Below, in pieces: positions 45,057 to 53,968 of a stretch of 64,000 bases of DNA (the stretch's first letter is position 1; each line of letters starts with the position of its first letter). Source of the stretch: Dehalococcoidia bacterium (lineage in GTDB: Bacteria > Chloroflexota > Dehalococcoidia > Bin125); NCBI GenBank assembly GCA_963663895.2, contig CAXXRD010000001.1, positions 800,001 to 864,000 of the forward strand. The letters run 5' to 3'. The notes below the pieces were generated by a model. It saw only the letters and a program-made list of their open reading frames with translations, had not been told where the DNA came from and made no database searches. Both the position numbers and the translations under genes were made by a program.

Positions 45057-45865
45057 GCCGAAGCGCCGGGCAAGGGGATTCGAGGCGCCCAACCGAAGGG
45101 CGTCACGCCGCCTGCGAGGCCGCCGCCGTCTTGCACGATGACCGCGCCGTTGATGCCGTCGGCGGCGGGGGAGCAAAGGAAGACGGCGACGGGGCCGATC
45201 TCCCAGGTCGTGCCAAAGCGTCCGACCGGGATATAGCGACCGCCGCCCCAACGGGTCGCTTGCGCTTCCGTCTGGGGAAAGAGACCGAGGGCCATGGTGT
45301 TGATCTGGATGTTATGGCGGCCGTAGCTGAGCGCCAGCGACCGGGTCAGGTTAATCACCCCCGCCTTCGCCGCCGTGTACATGTTGAGGTCACGGTTGCC
45401 GCGCAGGCCCAACCCCGACGCGGTCGTGAGGATCTTGCCGCGGCCCTGCTCCAGCATCTGGGGGATCACGGCGCGGATGCAAGAGACGGTGCTGGTGAGA
45501 TTCGTGTCGATGCCGGCCAGCCAATCGGCCTCGCTGATCGTGTGCAGGGGCCGGCCGTCACCGGCGGTGCGGCCGCCGGCGTTGTGGAGCAGGATGTCGA
45601 TGCGGCCGAGCTCGGCGAGGGAGCGCTCCACCATCCGCTCGACCGAGGCGCTGTCGGTGACGTCGGCTCGTACGGCCGCCGCGCGGCGGCCTCTGGCGCG
45701 CACCTCGTCGGCGACGGCGTCGATCTCCGCCTGCGTGCGGGCGCTGCACACGACATCGGCACCGGCGTCGGCAAAGGCGAGCGCCATGGCGCGGCCGAGG
45801 CCGCGGCCGGATCCGGTGATCAGCGCGACGCGGCCGTCAAGGCGGAGGCGATCGAGGACGGTCAT
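45053..45865 (-). CDS. SDR family oxidoreductase
   Basis: TGSGRGLG, HNAG, YTAAK, QDGG. Confidence 0.92.
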   Translation of the reverse strand: MTVLDRLRLDGRVALITGSGRGLGRAMALAFADAGADVVCSARTQAEIDAVADEVRARGRRAAAVRADVTDSASVERMVERSLAELGRIDILLHNAGGRTAGDGRPLHTISEADWLAGIDTNLTSTVSCIRAVIPQMLEQGRGKILTTASGLGLRGNRDLNMYTAAKAGVINLTRSLALSYGRHNIQINTMALGLFPQTEAQATRWGGGRYIPVGRFGTTWEIGPVAVFLCSPAADGINGAVIVQDGGGLAGGVTPFGWAPRIPLPGASA

Positions 45866-46482
45866 CGGCTGCCTCCAGCGGCGGCGGGAGCCGCCTCGAC
45901 GACGACCGCGTCCGCAGGTACAAGGTCGCCGCGGTCCGTGAGCAGGGCAACGGCGGTGCGGCCGATGGCCTGCGCGTCTGGCGATCCGGGAACGAGCAGG
46001 GCGACCACGGTGACACCGGCGATCGAGTTGAGGAGCGAGCGCAGATCAAAGCGCTGCGCGTCGCCGGCGGGGTCGGCTTCCGCGACGATCAGCACCACGC
46101 GACTCGCATCTGCGCCGGCGCCTCTCGCGATCTCCTTGGCGGCGATGCGCAGCGGCTCGGCCGCCGTGGCCGCGCTCCGCTCCAGGGTGGAGGCGTGCAG
46201 AACCAAGGCCGCGAGGTCCAAGCCGCCCAGCGCCTTGCGCAGCTTCTTGGTAGCGACCCGCACGCTGGTGGGGTTGGCGAGGTCGGTCGCCTCGGCGGGA
46301 CCGCCGGCGGCGGCACGCTTGAGTGCGAAAAGCGCTTGACCGTCCGTGGTCGTACCGGTGACGCCGACCAGCGCGCCGGCATCGCGGAGCGCAGCGGCAA
46401 GCGCGCGCCCGAGGGCGGTGTCGCCGCCGAAGACGATCGCCCTACGTCCGATGAGATCCGCAGGAGTCCGATTGTCGCTCAA
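45862..46482 (-). CDS. Degenerate SDR/Rossmann-fold protein
   Basis: GRRAIVFGGDTALG, DLANPTSV, GGLD; no YxxxK; TTG start after GGAGG. Confidence 0.65.
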   Translation of the reverse strand: MSDNRTPADLIGRRAIVFGGDTALGRALAAALRDAGALVGVTGTTTDGQALFALKRAAAGGPAEATDLANPTSVRVATKKLRKALGGLDLAALVLHASTLERSAATAAEPLRIAAKEIARGAGADASRVVLIVAEADPAGDAQRFDLRSLLNSIAGVTVVALLVPGSPDAQAIGRTAVALLTDRGDLVPADAVVVEAAPAAAGGSR

Positions 46483-46616
46483 GAGACCTCCCTTAAGCCG
46501 GGCCGCCAGATACGGGCATGCTATCGCGTCTTGCACAGTGTGCGGTCGCGACTGGCGAGGAGGGGATCGATGGACTAGATTGCACACCCACCCGAGCCAG
46601 CCGTTCTGGAGCAACG

Positions 46617-47750
46617 ATGGACCTCGGCCTCTCTGAAGAGCAAGAGATGCTACGCAATTTCGCGCGCGACTTCTTGGAGAAGGAGTGTCCGGAGTCGCTG
46701 GTGCGGGAGATGGAGGAGGACGAGCGCGGCTACCCGGCCACACTCTGGCAGGGGATGGCGCGGCAGGGCTGGCAAGGGTTGATCATCCCCGCAGAGTACG
46801 GGGGTACGGGGATGCAGTTCCTGGACCTCTGCGTGCTGCTGGAAGAGTTTGGGCGGGCGCTGGTACCGGGGCCGTTCTTGAGCACGGCCGTGCTCGGCGC
46901 CGTACCGGTGATGGACGCCGGCAGCGACGCGCAGAAGCAGGAGATCCTGCCGCGCGTCGCGAGCGGCGAGCTGGTGATGACGCTGGCTCTCACGGAGCCG
47001 TCGGGGCGGTTTGAGGCGGACGCGGTCACCATGCGCGCGAGCAAGCAAGACGACGCGTACGTGCTGAACGGCACGAAGCTGTTCGTGCCGGACGCGCACG
47101 TGGCGGACACGCTCGTGGTAGCGGCGCGGACGGGCGGCGAGAGCGAACGAGGGATCTCGCTCTTCCTGGTCGACGGGGCAGCGACGGGGCTGAGCACCAC
47201 GGTGCTCAAGACGATCGCGGCGGACAAGCAGTGCGAGGTGCGTTTCGAGGACGTGCGCGTGCCGGCGGCGGCGCTGCTGGGGGCGGAGGGAGCAGGCTGG
47301 GAAGCGTTACGCGGGGTGCGGCGCAAGGCCACAGTCGCGTACTGCGCATACCTCGTGGGGCTGGCGCAGCGCGATTTCGAGATCAGCGTCGACTACGCCA
47401 AGGAACGGGAGCAGTTCGGGCGGCCCATCGGCTCGTTCCAGGCGATCCAGCACAAGGCGGCGGACATGGTGACGGACGTCGACGCGTCGCGGTTCATCAT
47501 GTATCGGGCGGCATGGGCCGTGAGCGAGGATGAGCCGGATCAGGACCTGCAGGTGAGCATGGCGAAGGCGTGGTGCTCCGACGCGAGCCAGCGGGTGGTG
47601 GCGCACGGGCAGCAGATCCACGGCGGGATCGGTTTCACCAAGGAATACAAGATCCAGCTCTTCTTCCGCCGGCAGAAGATGGCGGAGCTCATGTGGGGGG
47701 ATGGAGACTACCATCGGGAGCAGGTAGCGCAGCTATTGGAGATCGCGTAG
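46617..47750 (+). CDS. Acyl-CoA dehydrogenase family protein (resembles the non-catalytic subunit of heteromeric ACADs)
   Basis: LALTEP, LNGTKLFV, REQFGRPIGSFQAIQHKAADM, QIHGGIGFT. Confidence 0.92.
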   Translation: MDLGLSEEQEMLRNFARDFLEKECPESLVREMEEDERGYPATLWQGMARQGWQGLIIPAEYGGTGMQFLDLCVLLEEFGRALVPGPFLSTAVLGAVPVMDAGSDAQKQEILPRVASGELVMTLALTEPSGRFEADAVTMRASKQDDAYVLNGTKLFVPDAHVADTLVVAARTGGESERGISLFLVDGAATGLSTTVLKTIAADKQCEVRFEDVRVPAAALLGAEGAGWEALRGVRRKATVAYCAYLVGLAQRDFEISVDYAKEREQFGRPIGSFQAIQHKAADMVTDVDASRFIMYRAAWAVSEDEPDQDLQVSMAKAWCSDASQRVVAHGQQIHGGIGFTKEYKIQLFFRRQKMAELMWGDGDYHREQVAQLLEIA

Positions 47751-47795
47751 CGACTTCCCTGGCACCCGGCTTTGGTGGCGGGGTGGCCAGCCTTC

Positions 47796-47833
47796 ACGCA
47801 GAAGCCCGAGGGATGTCCCTCGGGCTTCTGCGT
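47796..47833. terminator. Perfect 18-bp inverted repeat, likely terminator between convergent units
   Basis: acgcagaagcccgaggga-tg-tccctcgggcttctgcgt. Confidence 0.7.
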
Positions 47834-47956
47834 TGTGGGACGGGCCGTTCTTAGTGATGAAAGCTCGGTGATGGAAGATTGTCGAAAGAGCGCCCATGTG
47901 GCCGGGGAGCCGTGTCTGCGCCATAAACCCGGCCCGTTCGCTTCAGCGGCCGCCTC

Positions 47957-48289
47957 TCAAGCCGACCCGCCGCGCCGTCCCGCCGCGTAACTCCCGCCCG
48001 CCAGCGTGACGAGGACGCCGGCGACGATGGCCCAGGGCCAGCGGTCGCTGCTCGACCCGGCAGACGCGGCCGGCGACGGAATCTGCTGCGGCATGACCTC
48101 AACGGTCTCGGCAGCGAGCGGCGCTTCGCTCGTCTCCGCAGCCTCGGCAACGAGGGTCGCCGCGACGAAGACTCCCGCCAGCAAGGCCACAGCCACGTTC
48201 AGCCTGCAGATGCGCAGCAGACCCGCACGGGCTTGCCGGGAATTGGGCGGCGCCACCCGGGGCCGATCGTCAAACGGGACGAGGTTCAT
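47957..48289 (-). CDS. Small protein with N-terminal hydrophobic signal and C-terminal TM anchor
   Basis: GGAGG RBS; VAVALLAGVFVAATLVAEA signal-like; RWPWAIVAGVLVTLAGG + RR tail; ATG overlaps the upstream TGA. Confidence 0.55.
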   Translation of the reverse strand: MNLVPFDDRPRVAPPNSRQARAGLLRICRLNVAVALLAGVFVAATLVAEAAETSEAPLAAETVEVMPQQIPSPAASAGSSSDRWPWAIVAGVLVTLAGGSYAAGRRGGSA

Positions 48290-48693
48290 GAACGTGATCC
48301 CTCCGCGTTGGTGAAGGTGGCTACTTTGGGGGAGAGACAGCGGTCGCGCAACCAGAGGAGCGCGAACAAGAGCAGCGGCGCGACGGCCAGCGAGACCCAA
48401 AGCCAGCGCTTGTCCCACCCCTGGGCGCTGGAGTTGCTGGAAGCGGCGGCGGCGATTTCGAGCGCGGCGCTGGTTTGGCTCTGGACGGCCAAGCGGTCGC
48501 CGGAGGCAGCGTCTGCGATCCCCGCATCCAGCGGCGCGGCCCCGGCCGGGCGCTCGTAGGCGGGCTGGGCATGGGCAGCTCCAGTGACGGCCACCAAACC
48601 GAGCGCCAACATGGCCCAGACCACCGCCGCAACGATCGCGGGGCGTGCGCGTAGGCCGAACCTCGGGCCGGTTGGAAGCCAACGTGTGCGCAT
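48286..48693 (-). CDS. Small protein with signal peptide and C-terminal TM anchor
   Basis: AIVAAVVWAMLALGLVAVTGAAHA|Q signal; KRWLWVSLAVAPLLLFALLWLR TM. Confidence 0.55.
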   Translation of the reverse strand: MRTRWLPTGPRFGLRARPAIVAAVVWAMLALGLVAVTGAAHAQPAYERPAGAAPLDAGIADAASGDRLAVQSQTSAALEIAAAASSNSSAQGWDKRWLWVSLAVAPLLLFALLWLRDRCLSPKVATFTNAEGSRS

Positions 48694-48801
48694 CCTTCCA
48701 CCACCTTGGATCGCCGCCGACCCGCCACGTATCGACGGCTCCATGAGTGAAACGCGAAACGAGGCGGAAGGGTTCCGAAAAAGGGGCCGGGGAGGCAGGG
48801 T

Positions 48802-48819
48802 GTTACAGAGGCTTTACAT
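48802..48819. promoter_or_regulatory. TTACA direct repeat at 11-bp period (OmpR/PhoP-type operator candidate)
   Basis: gTTACAgaggctTTACAt in the divergent intergenic region. Confidence 0.45.
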
Positions 48820-48912
48820 TTCCCTGGCGCCGGGGACGGACCGCTGCCGTGTAGCGGCGGGGACGGGAGACGGCTAGGCTCGGCGCGCCGGACAGTGAGA
48901 TCGAGGGATGCG

Positions 48913-49260
48913 ATGCACGAGGCCGACTGCCTGTTCTGCAAGATGACGCAGGGCGAGATCCCGACCGAGCGACTGATCGATGATGATCAGCTCTTCGCGA
49001 TCCGAGACATCAATCCACGGGCTCCCGTCCACGTGCTGCTGATCCCCAAGCAGCACCTGCCCTCCGCCCGGGCGATCGAGTCCTCGCACGGGCCACTGCT
49101 GGGCGCGCTGTTCGCCCGAGCAAACGAGGCGGCGCGGATCGAAGGCGTGTTCGAGGACGGGTTCCGGTTGGCCTTCAACGTAGGCGACGCGGCGGGGATG
49201 ACGGTCCATCACCTCCATCTGCACCTCCTGGGCGGCCGCCAGTTGGGCCCGGAGGGATGA
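48913..49260 (+). CDS. Histidine triad (HIT) nucleotide-binding protein
   Basis: DCLFCKM, DINPRAPVHVLLIPK, HHLHLHLLGG. Confidence 0.95.
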   Translation: MHEADCLFCKMTQGEIPTERLIDDDQLFAIRDINPRAPVHVLLIPKQHLPSARAIESSHGPLLGALFARANEAARIEGVFEDGFRLAFNVGDAAGMTVHHLHLHLLGGRQLGPEG

Positions 49261-49862
49261 GCGAGGCGGCGCTGGGGCTGGAGCGATTGCGCCTAGAGGC
49301 GCAGTCGCTCCCGGCGGCGCTGCGGGCGCACACCGGCCGGGTGGTGGCGGAGGCGCGCCGACTCGCGCGGCACTACGCGCTGGATACGGCACGCGTGGAG
49401 GCGGCCGCCTGGGGGCACGACCTCTTCCGTGGACACAGCGGCGACGCCCTGCTGGAGGTCGCAGGGAAGCTCGGGATCGAGGCCGACCTCGCGGCCCGCG
49501 CGCGGCCGATCCTGCTGCATGGGCCGGTGGCGGCAGCGACCGCCGAGGAGCAATGGGGAGTGGAGGACGCGGAGGTGATCGAGGCGATCCGCTGGCACAC
49601 GACGGCGCGCCCAGGGATGTCGCTGTTCGCGGCGGTGGTCTTCCTCGCGGACAAGATCGAACCGGAGAAGGTCGGGGCGGATGCGGAGCTAGCGGCGATT
49701 CGGGATCTCGCCCCGCGCGATCCAGAGGCCGCAGTGCTCGCCTACCTGGACCGGCAGATGGAGCGGCACTTGCGGGCGGGACGGATTATCCACCCCGCGA
49801 GCGTCGAGGCGCGGAATGCGCTGCTGCTTCGCGATCCCGGATCCGGTGGTCCACAGGCTTGA
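49257..49862 (+). CDS. yqeK: YqeK-like HD-domain Ap4A hydrolase
   Basis: HTGRV, GHD, LLHGPVAA, IRWHTT, FLADKIEP. Confidence 0.85.
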   Translation: MSEAALGLERLRLEAQSLPAALRAHTGRVVAEARRLARHYALDTARVEAAAWGHDLFRGHSGDALLEVAGKLGIEADLAARARPILLHGPVAAATAEEQWGVEDAEVIEAIRWHTTARPGMSLFAAVVFLADKIEPEKVGADAELAAIRDLAPRDPEAAVLAYLDRQMERHLRAGRIIHPASVEARNALLLRDPGSGGPQA

Positions 49863-50028
49863 GTTGTCCACCGGGACGCCGTCGGCTGCGTTGCAGGAGC
49901 GGTGTGACGCATCTTCGCGACGGAGAAGGCGCCGCGCGGGGCAACGTGATTGGGGCGGGGAAAATCCGCGAAGGCGATCGCGAAGCGAGGGTCGGGCACC
50001 GCACTTCTCCCCCTGCTCTTCCGTGTTT

Positions 50029-50048
50029 CGAACACTTGTGCGTATAGT
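50029..50048 (+). promoter_or_regulatory. LexA (SOS)-box-like site next to the -10 element of ruvB
   Basis: cGAAC-actt-GTGCg (consensus GAAC-N4-GTTC, one mismatch) followed by TATAGT, 6 nt before the ATG. Confidence 0.6.
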
Positions 50049-50054
50049 GGCAGC

Positions 50055-51179
50055 ATGACCGCCACGACCGATCGCGTGCCACGCGCTACCGAGGCTCCCG
50101 ACGCCCTGCCCGATGCCGCGCCCGGCCCCGTCCCCGCTCCCGGCGAGGAGGAGCCGATCACGCGCTCGCTACGCCCCCGCCGCCTCCAAGACTTCGTGGG
50201 GATGGGCGTGATCAAAGACTCGCTGGCGATCGCGATCACAGCGGCGCAGCGTCGCGAGGAGCCCGTGGACCACATCTTGTTCTACGGGCCACCCGGGCTG
50301 GGCAAGACGACGCTGGCGGCGATCGTCGCGGCGGAGATGGGCGTGAACCTGCGCACCACGTCGGGACCGGCGATCGCCCGGCCGGGCGACTTGGCCAGCA
50401 TCCTCACGTCGCTGCAAGCGGGAGACGTGCTGTTCATCGATGAATGTCACCGGCTGGCGCGCGGCGTCGAGGAGGTGCTCTACCCCGTGATGGAGGACTT
50501 CGCCCTGGACCTCATGATCGGCAAGGGGGCGGGCGCGCGCAGCGTACGACTGGCGGTCCAACCGTTCACGTTGATCGCCGCCACGACCCGCTACGCCCTG
50601 CTGAGCCCTCCTCTGCGCGAGCGCTTCGGCGCCGTGTACCGAGTCGACTTCTACGCGCCGGAGGATCTGAGCGCGATCGTCCAGGCCAACGCGGCGAAGC
50701 TCTCGATCCCCATCTCGGACGAGGGAGCGCGGACGCTGGCCGAGCGATCGCGGGGGACGCCGCGAATCGCAAACCGGCTCTTGCGCCGCGCGCGGGACTT
50801 CGCACAGGTGCGGGCGGATGGGACGATTTCGGCACAGGTCGCAGAGGAAGCGCTGGCGCGCATCCAGATCGACGCGTTGGGACTTGACGACCGCGATCGC
50901 GTTCTGCTGCGAACGCTCGTCGAGCGGTTCAAGGGCGGGCCGGTGGGACTGGAGACGCTCGCGGCCGCGATCACGGAGGAGCCAGATACGGTGATGGACG
51001 TGTACGAGCCGTACTTGCTACAGCTCGGCTTCCTCCAGCGCACGCCCCGCGGGCGGGTCGCGATGCCGGCGGCGTTCGAGTATCTCAACGCCAAGGTGCC
51101 GGCGGCACTCGCGGCCGATCCGACGACGCGCCAGCCGAATCTTTTCGATAAGAGAGAGGGAGATGCGCCGGCCCAGTAG
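50055..51179 (+). CDS. ruvB: Holliday junction branch migration helicase RuvB
   Basis: [52 protein letters not shown]. Confidence 0.97.
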   Translation: MTATTDRVPRATEAPDALPDAAPGPVPAPGEEEPITRSLRPRRLQDFVGMGVIKDSLAIAITAAQRREEPVDHILFYGPPGLGKTTLAAIVAAEMGVNLRTTSGPAIARPGDLASILTSLQAGDVLFIDECHRLARGVEEVLYPVMEDFALDLMIGKGAGARSVRLAVQPFTLIAATTRYALLSPPLRERFGAVYRVDFYAPEDLSAIVQANAAKLSIPISDEGARTLAERSRGTPRIANRLLRRARDFAQVRADGTISAQVAEEALARIQIDALGLDDRDRVLLRTLVERFKGGPVGLETLAAAITEEPDTVMDVYEPYLLQLGFLQRTPRGRVAMPAAFEYLNAKVPAALAADPTTRQPNLFDKREGDAPAQ

Positions 51180-51915
51180 CGGAGCGCGCGCCGTGGGCGC
51201 GGGAGCCGATGCGCTGGTGCAGCCGGCCACGATGGAGAGGTGCGGCGATCGGCCGCGGATCGGTTCGCCCGCCGCCCAACCGCCGGGGCAGGCTGTCGAG
51301 GAAACGCCGGAAGCGACGACGCCCGGCGAGCCTGCTGCGACGAGTTCCTACGTCCTGCGCCCGATGACGGCGAGCGACGTACCGCAGATCGTCGCGATCG
51401 AGCGTCGGGTGTTCGGAGCGGACGCTTGGCCCGCGCGCGCGTTTCAGGAGGAGCAGTGCAACCGCGTTGCCTACTACTTCGTCCTTACGCCCGCGCCGGA
51501 CAAGCGTCCCGGCGTGATCGCCGGGTACGTGGGGCTGTGGGCGTTGTCTGATTCGGTTCAGATCGTCACGATCGCCGTGCGGCCGGAGTCGCAGCGTGGT
51601 GGTCTTGGCGAGCTGTTGGTGCAACGGGCCTTCGCGCTGGCCGAGGAGGTGGGAGCCGAGGAGGTGACGCTGGAATGCCGCGAGTCGAACGAGCCGGCGC
51701 GGCGCTTGTACGGCAAGTACGGTTTCGAAGAGGTCGGGCGGCGGCGGCGCTACTACCAGGACAACGGCGAGGATGCGCTGATCATGACGGCGCCCGCGTT
51801 AAGCGCGGCGGCGCGGCGCCGGCGAGATCAGCTGCGAAGCCGACATTGGGCGCGCTTCGGGATCGTGCTGCGCGACGAGACGGACGAGGTGGAGGAGCGG
51901 AGGCGGGCACCCTAG
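51163..51915 (+). CDS. rimI: Ribosomal protein S18 alanine N-acetyltransferase RimI (start uncertain)
   Basis: [46 protein letters not shown]. Confidence 0.88.
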   Translation: MRRPSSGARAVGAGADALVQPATMERCGDRPRIGSPAAQPPGQAVEETPEATTPGEPAATSSYVLRPMTASDVPQIVAIERRVFGADAWPARAFQEEQCNRVAYYFVLTPAPDKRPGVIAGYVGLWALSDSVQIVTIAVRPESQRGGLGELLVQRAFALAEEVGAEEVTLECRESNEPARRLYGKYGFEEVGRRRRYYQDNGEDALIMTAPALSAAARRRRDQLRSRHWARFGIVLRDETDEVEERRRAP

Positions 51916-51940
51916 TGATCTCCCTCGTATACTCGCGCGG

Positions 51941-52213
51941 ATGACGATAGCCGCGTTGATCGCCGAGCAACTCGCGAGCGCCCGCCGCATCCGGGCGGAC
52001 GGGCCGACCACGATCGACTACTTGCGCTGGCGTGACGCCACAGACGAGTTGTTGGTCGACCTGTTGGGCGCGTCGCACACGGGGGTCGCGGCGTTCCGCG
52101 CGGCGGTAGGGCCGACGCACGCCAAGGACGCGGAGGGTCTTCAGATCGACGGTCCGCACGGGATGCTGGCGCGCCTCGATCGGGGAACGGCGGTACTGCG
52201 CCGCCTGCGCTAA
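51941..52213 (+). CDS. Hypothetical 90-aa protein
   Basis: ORF preceded by TATACT 7 nt upstream of the ATG; no family recognised. Confidence 0.6.
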   Translation: MTIAALIAEQLASARRIRADGPTTIDYLRWRDATDELLVDLLGASHTGVAAFRAAVGPTHAKDAEGLQIDGPHGMLARLDRGTAVLRRLR

Positions 52214-52920
52214 GTGATCACGCCCTCCGCGGGCTTCGTGTGGGCCCGGACGATCTGCGCGGCGATCTCGGCTGCGTCGTCGTAGGAGAGAGCGGTGGTG
52301 TTAAGGACGGCGTCGTAGAGGCGCGGGTCCCACACGTCGACTTTCCAAAACCGTTGATGGAAGCGCTGCCGGTTCTTGCGGAATTCGAGGATGCGGCGCC
52401 GGGCGCTCTCCTTGCTGAGCGACTCCCACTCCTGCACGCGGGCGACGCGGACCTCCAAGTCGGCGATGATCTGCAGATGCACGGTCTGGGGGCGGTGGCG
52501 AAGGATCATCTGTCCACCGCGCCCGATGATGACGACATCGCCGCGGTCCGCGATCCCCGTGATCACGCGGGTCAGCGTTTCAAGGTGGGTCTTGTCATCG
52601 ACCCGGACGGCGCGCCCCTCGTAGGTCACGTCCTGATAGCTCTGGGAGAGCATCATCTCCAGGGTGCCGGCGCCGATGAAGAGGTCGCTGCCACCGGCCG
52701 AGCGCTCCAGCGCGCGCTCGAGGAAATGGACGAGCCGTTGGCGAAACGAGTCGGCGCGCTCGTCGCGCGCCTCGACGCTGCTGAGGCCCACGCCGAGCAT
52801 GCGCGCGGCTTCCACCAGGACCGCGTGATCGACGTAGTCGAACTCCAAGACCCGCGCGAGGCGCTGCCCCACCTCGCGGGCGCCAGCGCCGAACTGTGCC
52901 GAGATCGTGACGACGGGCAT
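52210..52920 (-). CDS. Cytidylate kinase-like family protein
   Basis: VVTISAQFGAGAREVG, VIIGRGG, YDAVLNT. Confidence 0.88.
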   Translation of the reverse strand: MPVVTISAQFGAGAREVGQRLARVLEFDYVDHAVLVEAARMLGVGLSSVEARDERADSFRQRLVHFLERALERSAGGSDLFIGAGTLEMMLSQSYQDVTYEGRAVRVDDKTHLETLTRVITGIADRGDVVIIGRGGQMILRHRPQTVHLQIIADLEVRVARVQEWESLSKESARRRILEFRKNRQRFHQRFWKVDVWDPRLYDAVLNTTALSYDDAAEIAAQIVRAHTKPAEGVIT

Positions 52921-52990
52921 GGCTGAACCCTCTCTCCTTCAGTCTCTCCCATAAGTCGACCGTTGGGTCCAGGCAGCGGTCATGGGGACG

Positions 52991-53968
52991 TTACCACCAG
53001 ACGATCCCTTCCAAGTCCTCGTCGGCGCCGGGCTCGCGGAGCCAGAGGGGAGAATCGAGATATTTCCAGCCGGCGTCGGCGAAGACGCAGACGATGCTGA
53101 TCTCGCCGGCGCTGGGGAACTCGCCGAACCGCCGCATACGATCGGCGTAGGTCCGGGCAGCATGGAGGACGGCGCCGGCAGAGACGCCGCCGAAGATGCC
53201 CTCCAGGGTCACGAGCTCCCGGGCGGCGCGGAAGGCGTCGGCGCTTCGGACGAGGATCTTGGCGTCGAGGAGATCGGAGTCGAGGAGGGGCGGCACGAAG
53301 CCATCGTCGAAGGTCGCCAGCCCTTGCACCTGGCTGGCCGGATGCGCCTCCGTCGCGACGACCTTGAGCTGAGGGATCCGCTCCTTGAGGTAGCTTCCGG
53401 CTCCCGTGATCGTGCCACCGGTGCCAACGCCGGCGACGAACACGTGGGGCGCGGGGATGGCCGCGTGGATCTCGGGCCCGGTGGTGTCGTAGTGGGTGTC
53501 GCAGTTGGCGGCGTCGTGGAACTGGTCGAGGAAATATGCCCCGATCTCGGCAGCGCGCCGCGCCGCTTCCCGCATCGCGCCGCGCATCCCCGCTGCGGCG
53601 GGCGTCCAGGTGAGACTGGCCCCGTAGACTTCCAGCAGCCGGGCGATGGGCGGGTAGGCATTCTCCGGGGCAACGACCTCGATCGGGTGACCCAGGCGGC
53701 GACCGATCATCGCCAGGGCAATGCCGGTATTGCCGGTGGAGGCCTCCACAACGGGCTGGCGCGGCATGAGCCGCCCGTCTTCGTGCCCATGCGCCAGCAT
53801 GTGATAGACGATGCGGTCCTTGACGCTGCCGGTGGGATTGGTGCCTTCGAGCTTCGCGAAGAGCCGCACGCCCGCGGGGCGCGCGACGGCAGTGAGCTCG
53901 ACGAAAGGGGTCGCCCCAATCGCGGTGAAGATGTCGCCGTAGAGGCGATGGTGGGCGATCTCGGCCAC
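52991..53968 (-). CDS. PLP-dependent cysteine synthase family protein (CysM-like)
   Basis: KLEGTNPTGSVKDR, EASTGNTG, GVGTGGT, DAGWKYL. Confidence 0.92.
   Translation of the reverse strand: MAEIAHHRLYGDIFTAIGATPFVELTAVARPAGVRLFAKLEGTNPTGSVKDRIVYHMLAHGHEDGRLMPRQPVVEASTGNTGIALAMIGRRLGHPIEVVAPENAYPPIARLLEVYGASLTWTPAAAGMRGAMREAARRAAEIGAYFLDQFHDAANCDTHYDTTGPEIHAAIPAPHVFVAGVGTGGTITGAGSYLKERIPQLKVVATEAHPASQVQGLATFDDGFVPPLLDSDLLDAKILVRSADAFRAARELVTLEGIFGGVSAGAVLHAARTYADRMRRFGEFPSAGEISIVCVFADAGWKYLDSPLWLREPGADEDLEGIVWW

Noticed and set aside
49780-49875. DnaA-box-like 9-mers (ttatccacc, ggtccacag, ttgtccacc)
   Set aside because: All mismatched, mostly inside yqeK, with no AT-rich unwinding element or dnaA/dnaN nearby.
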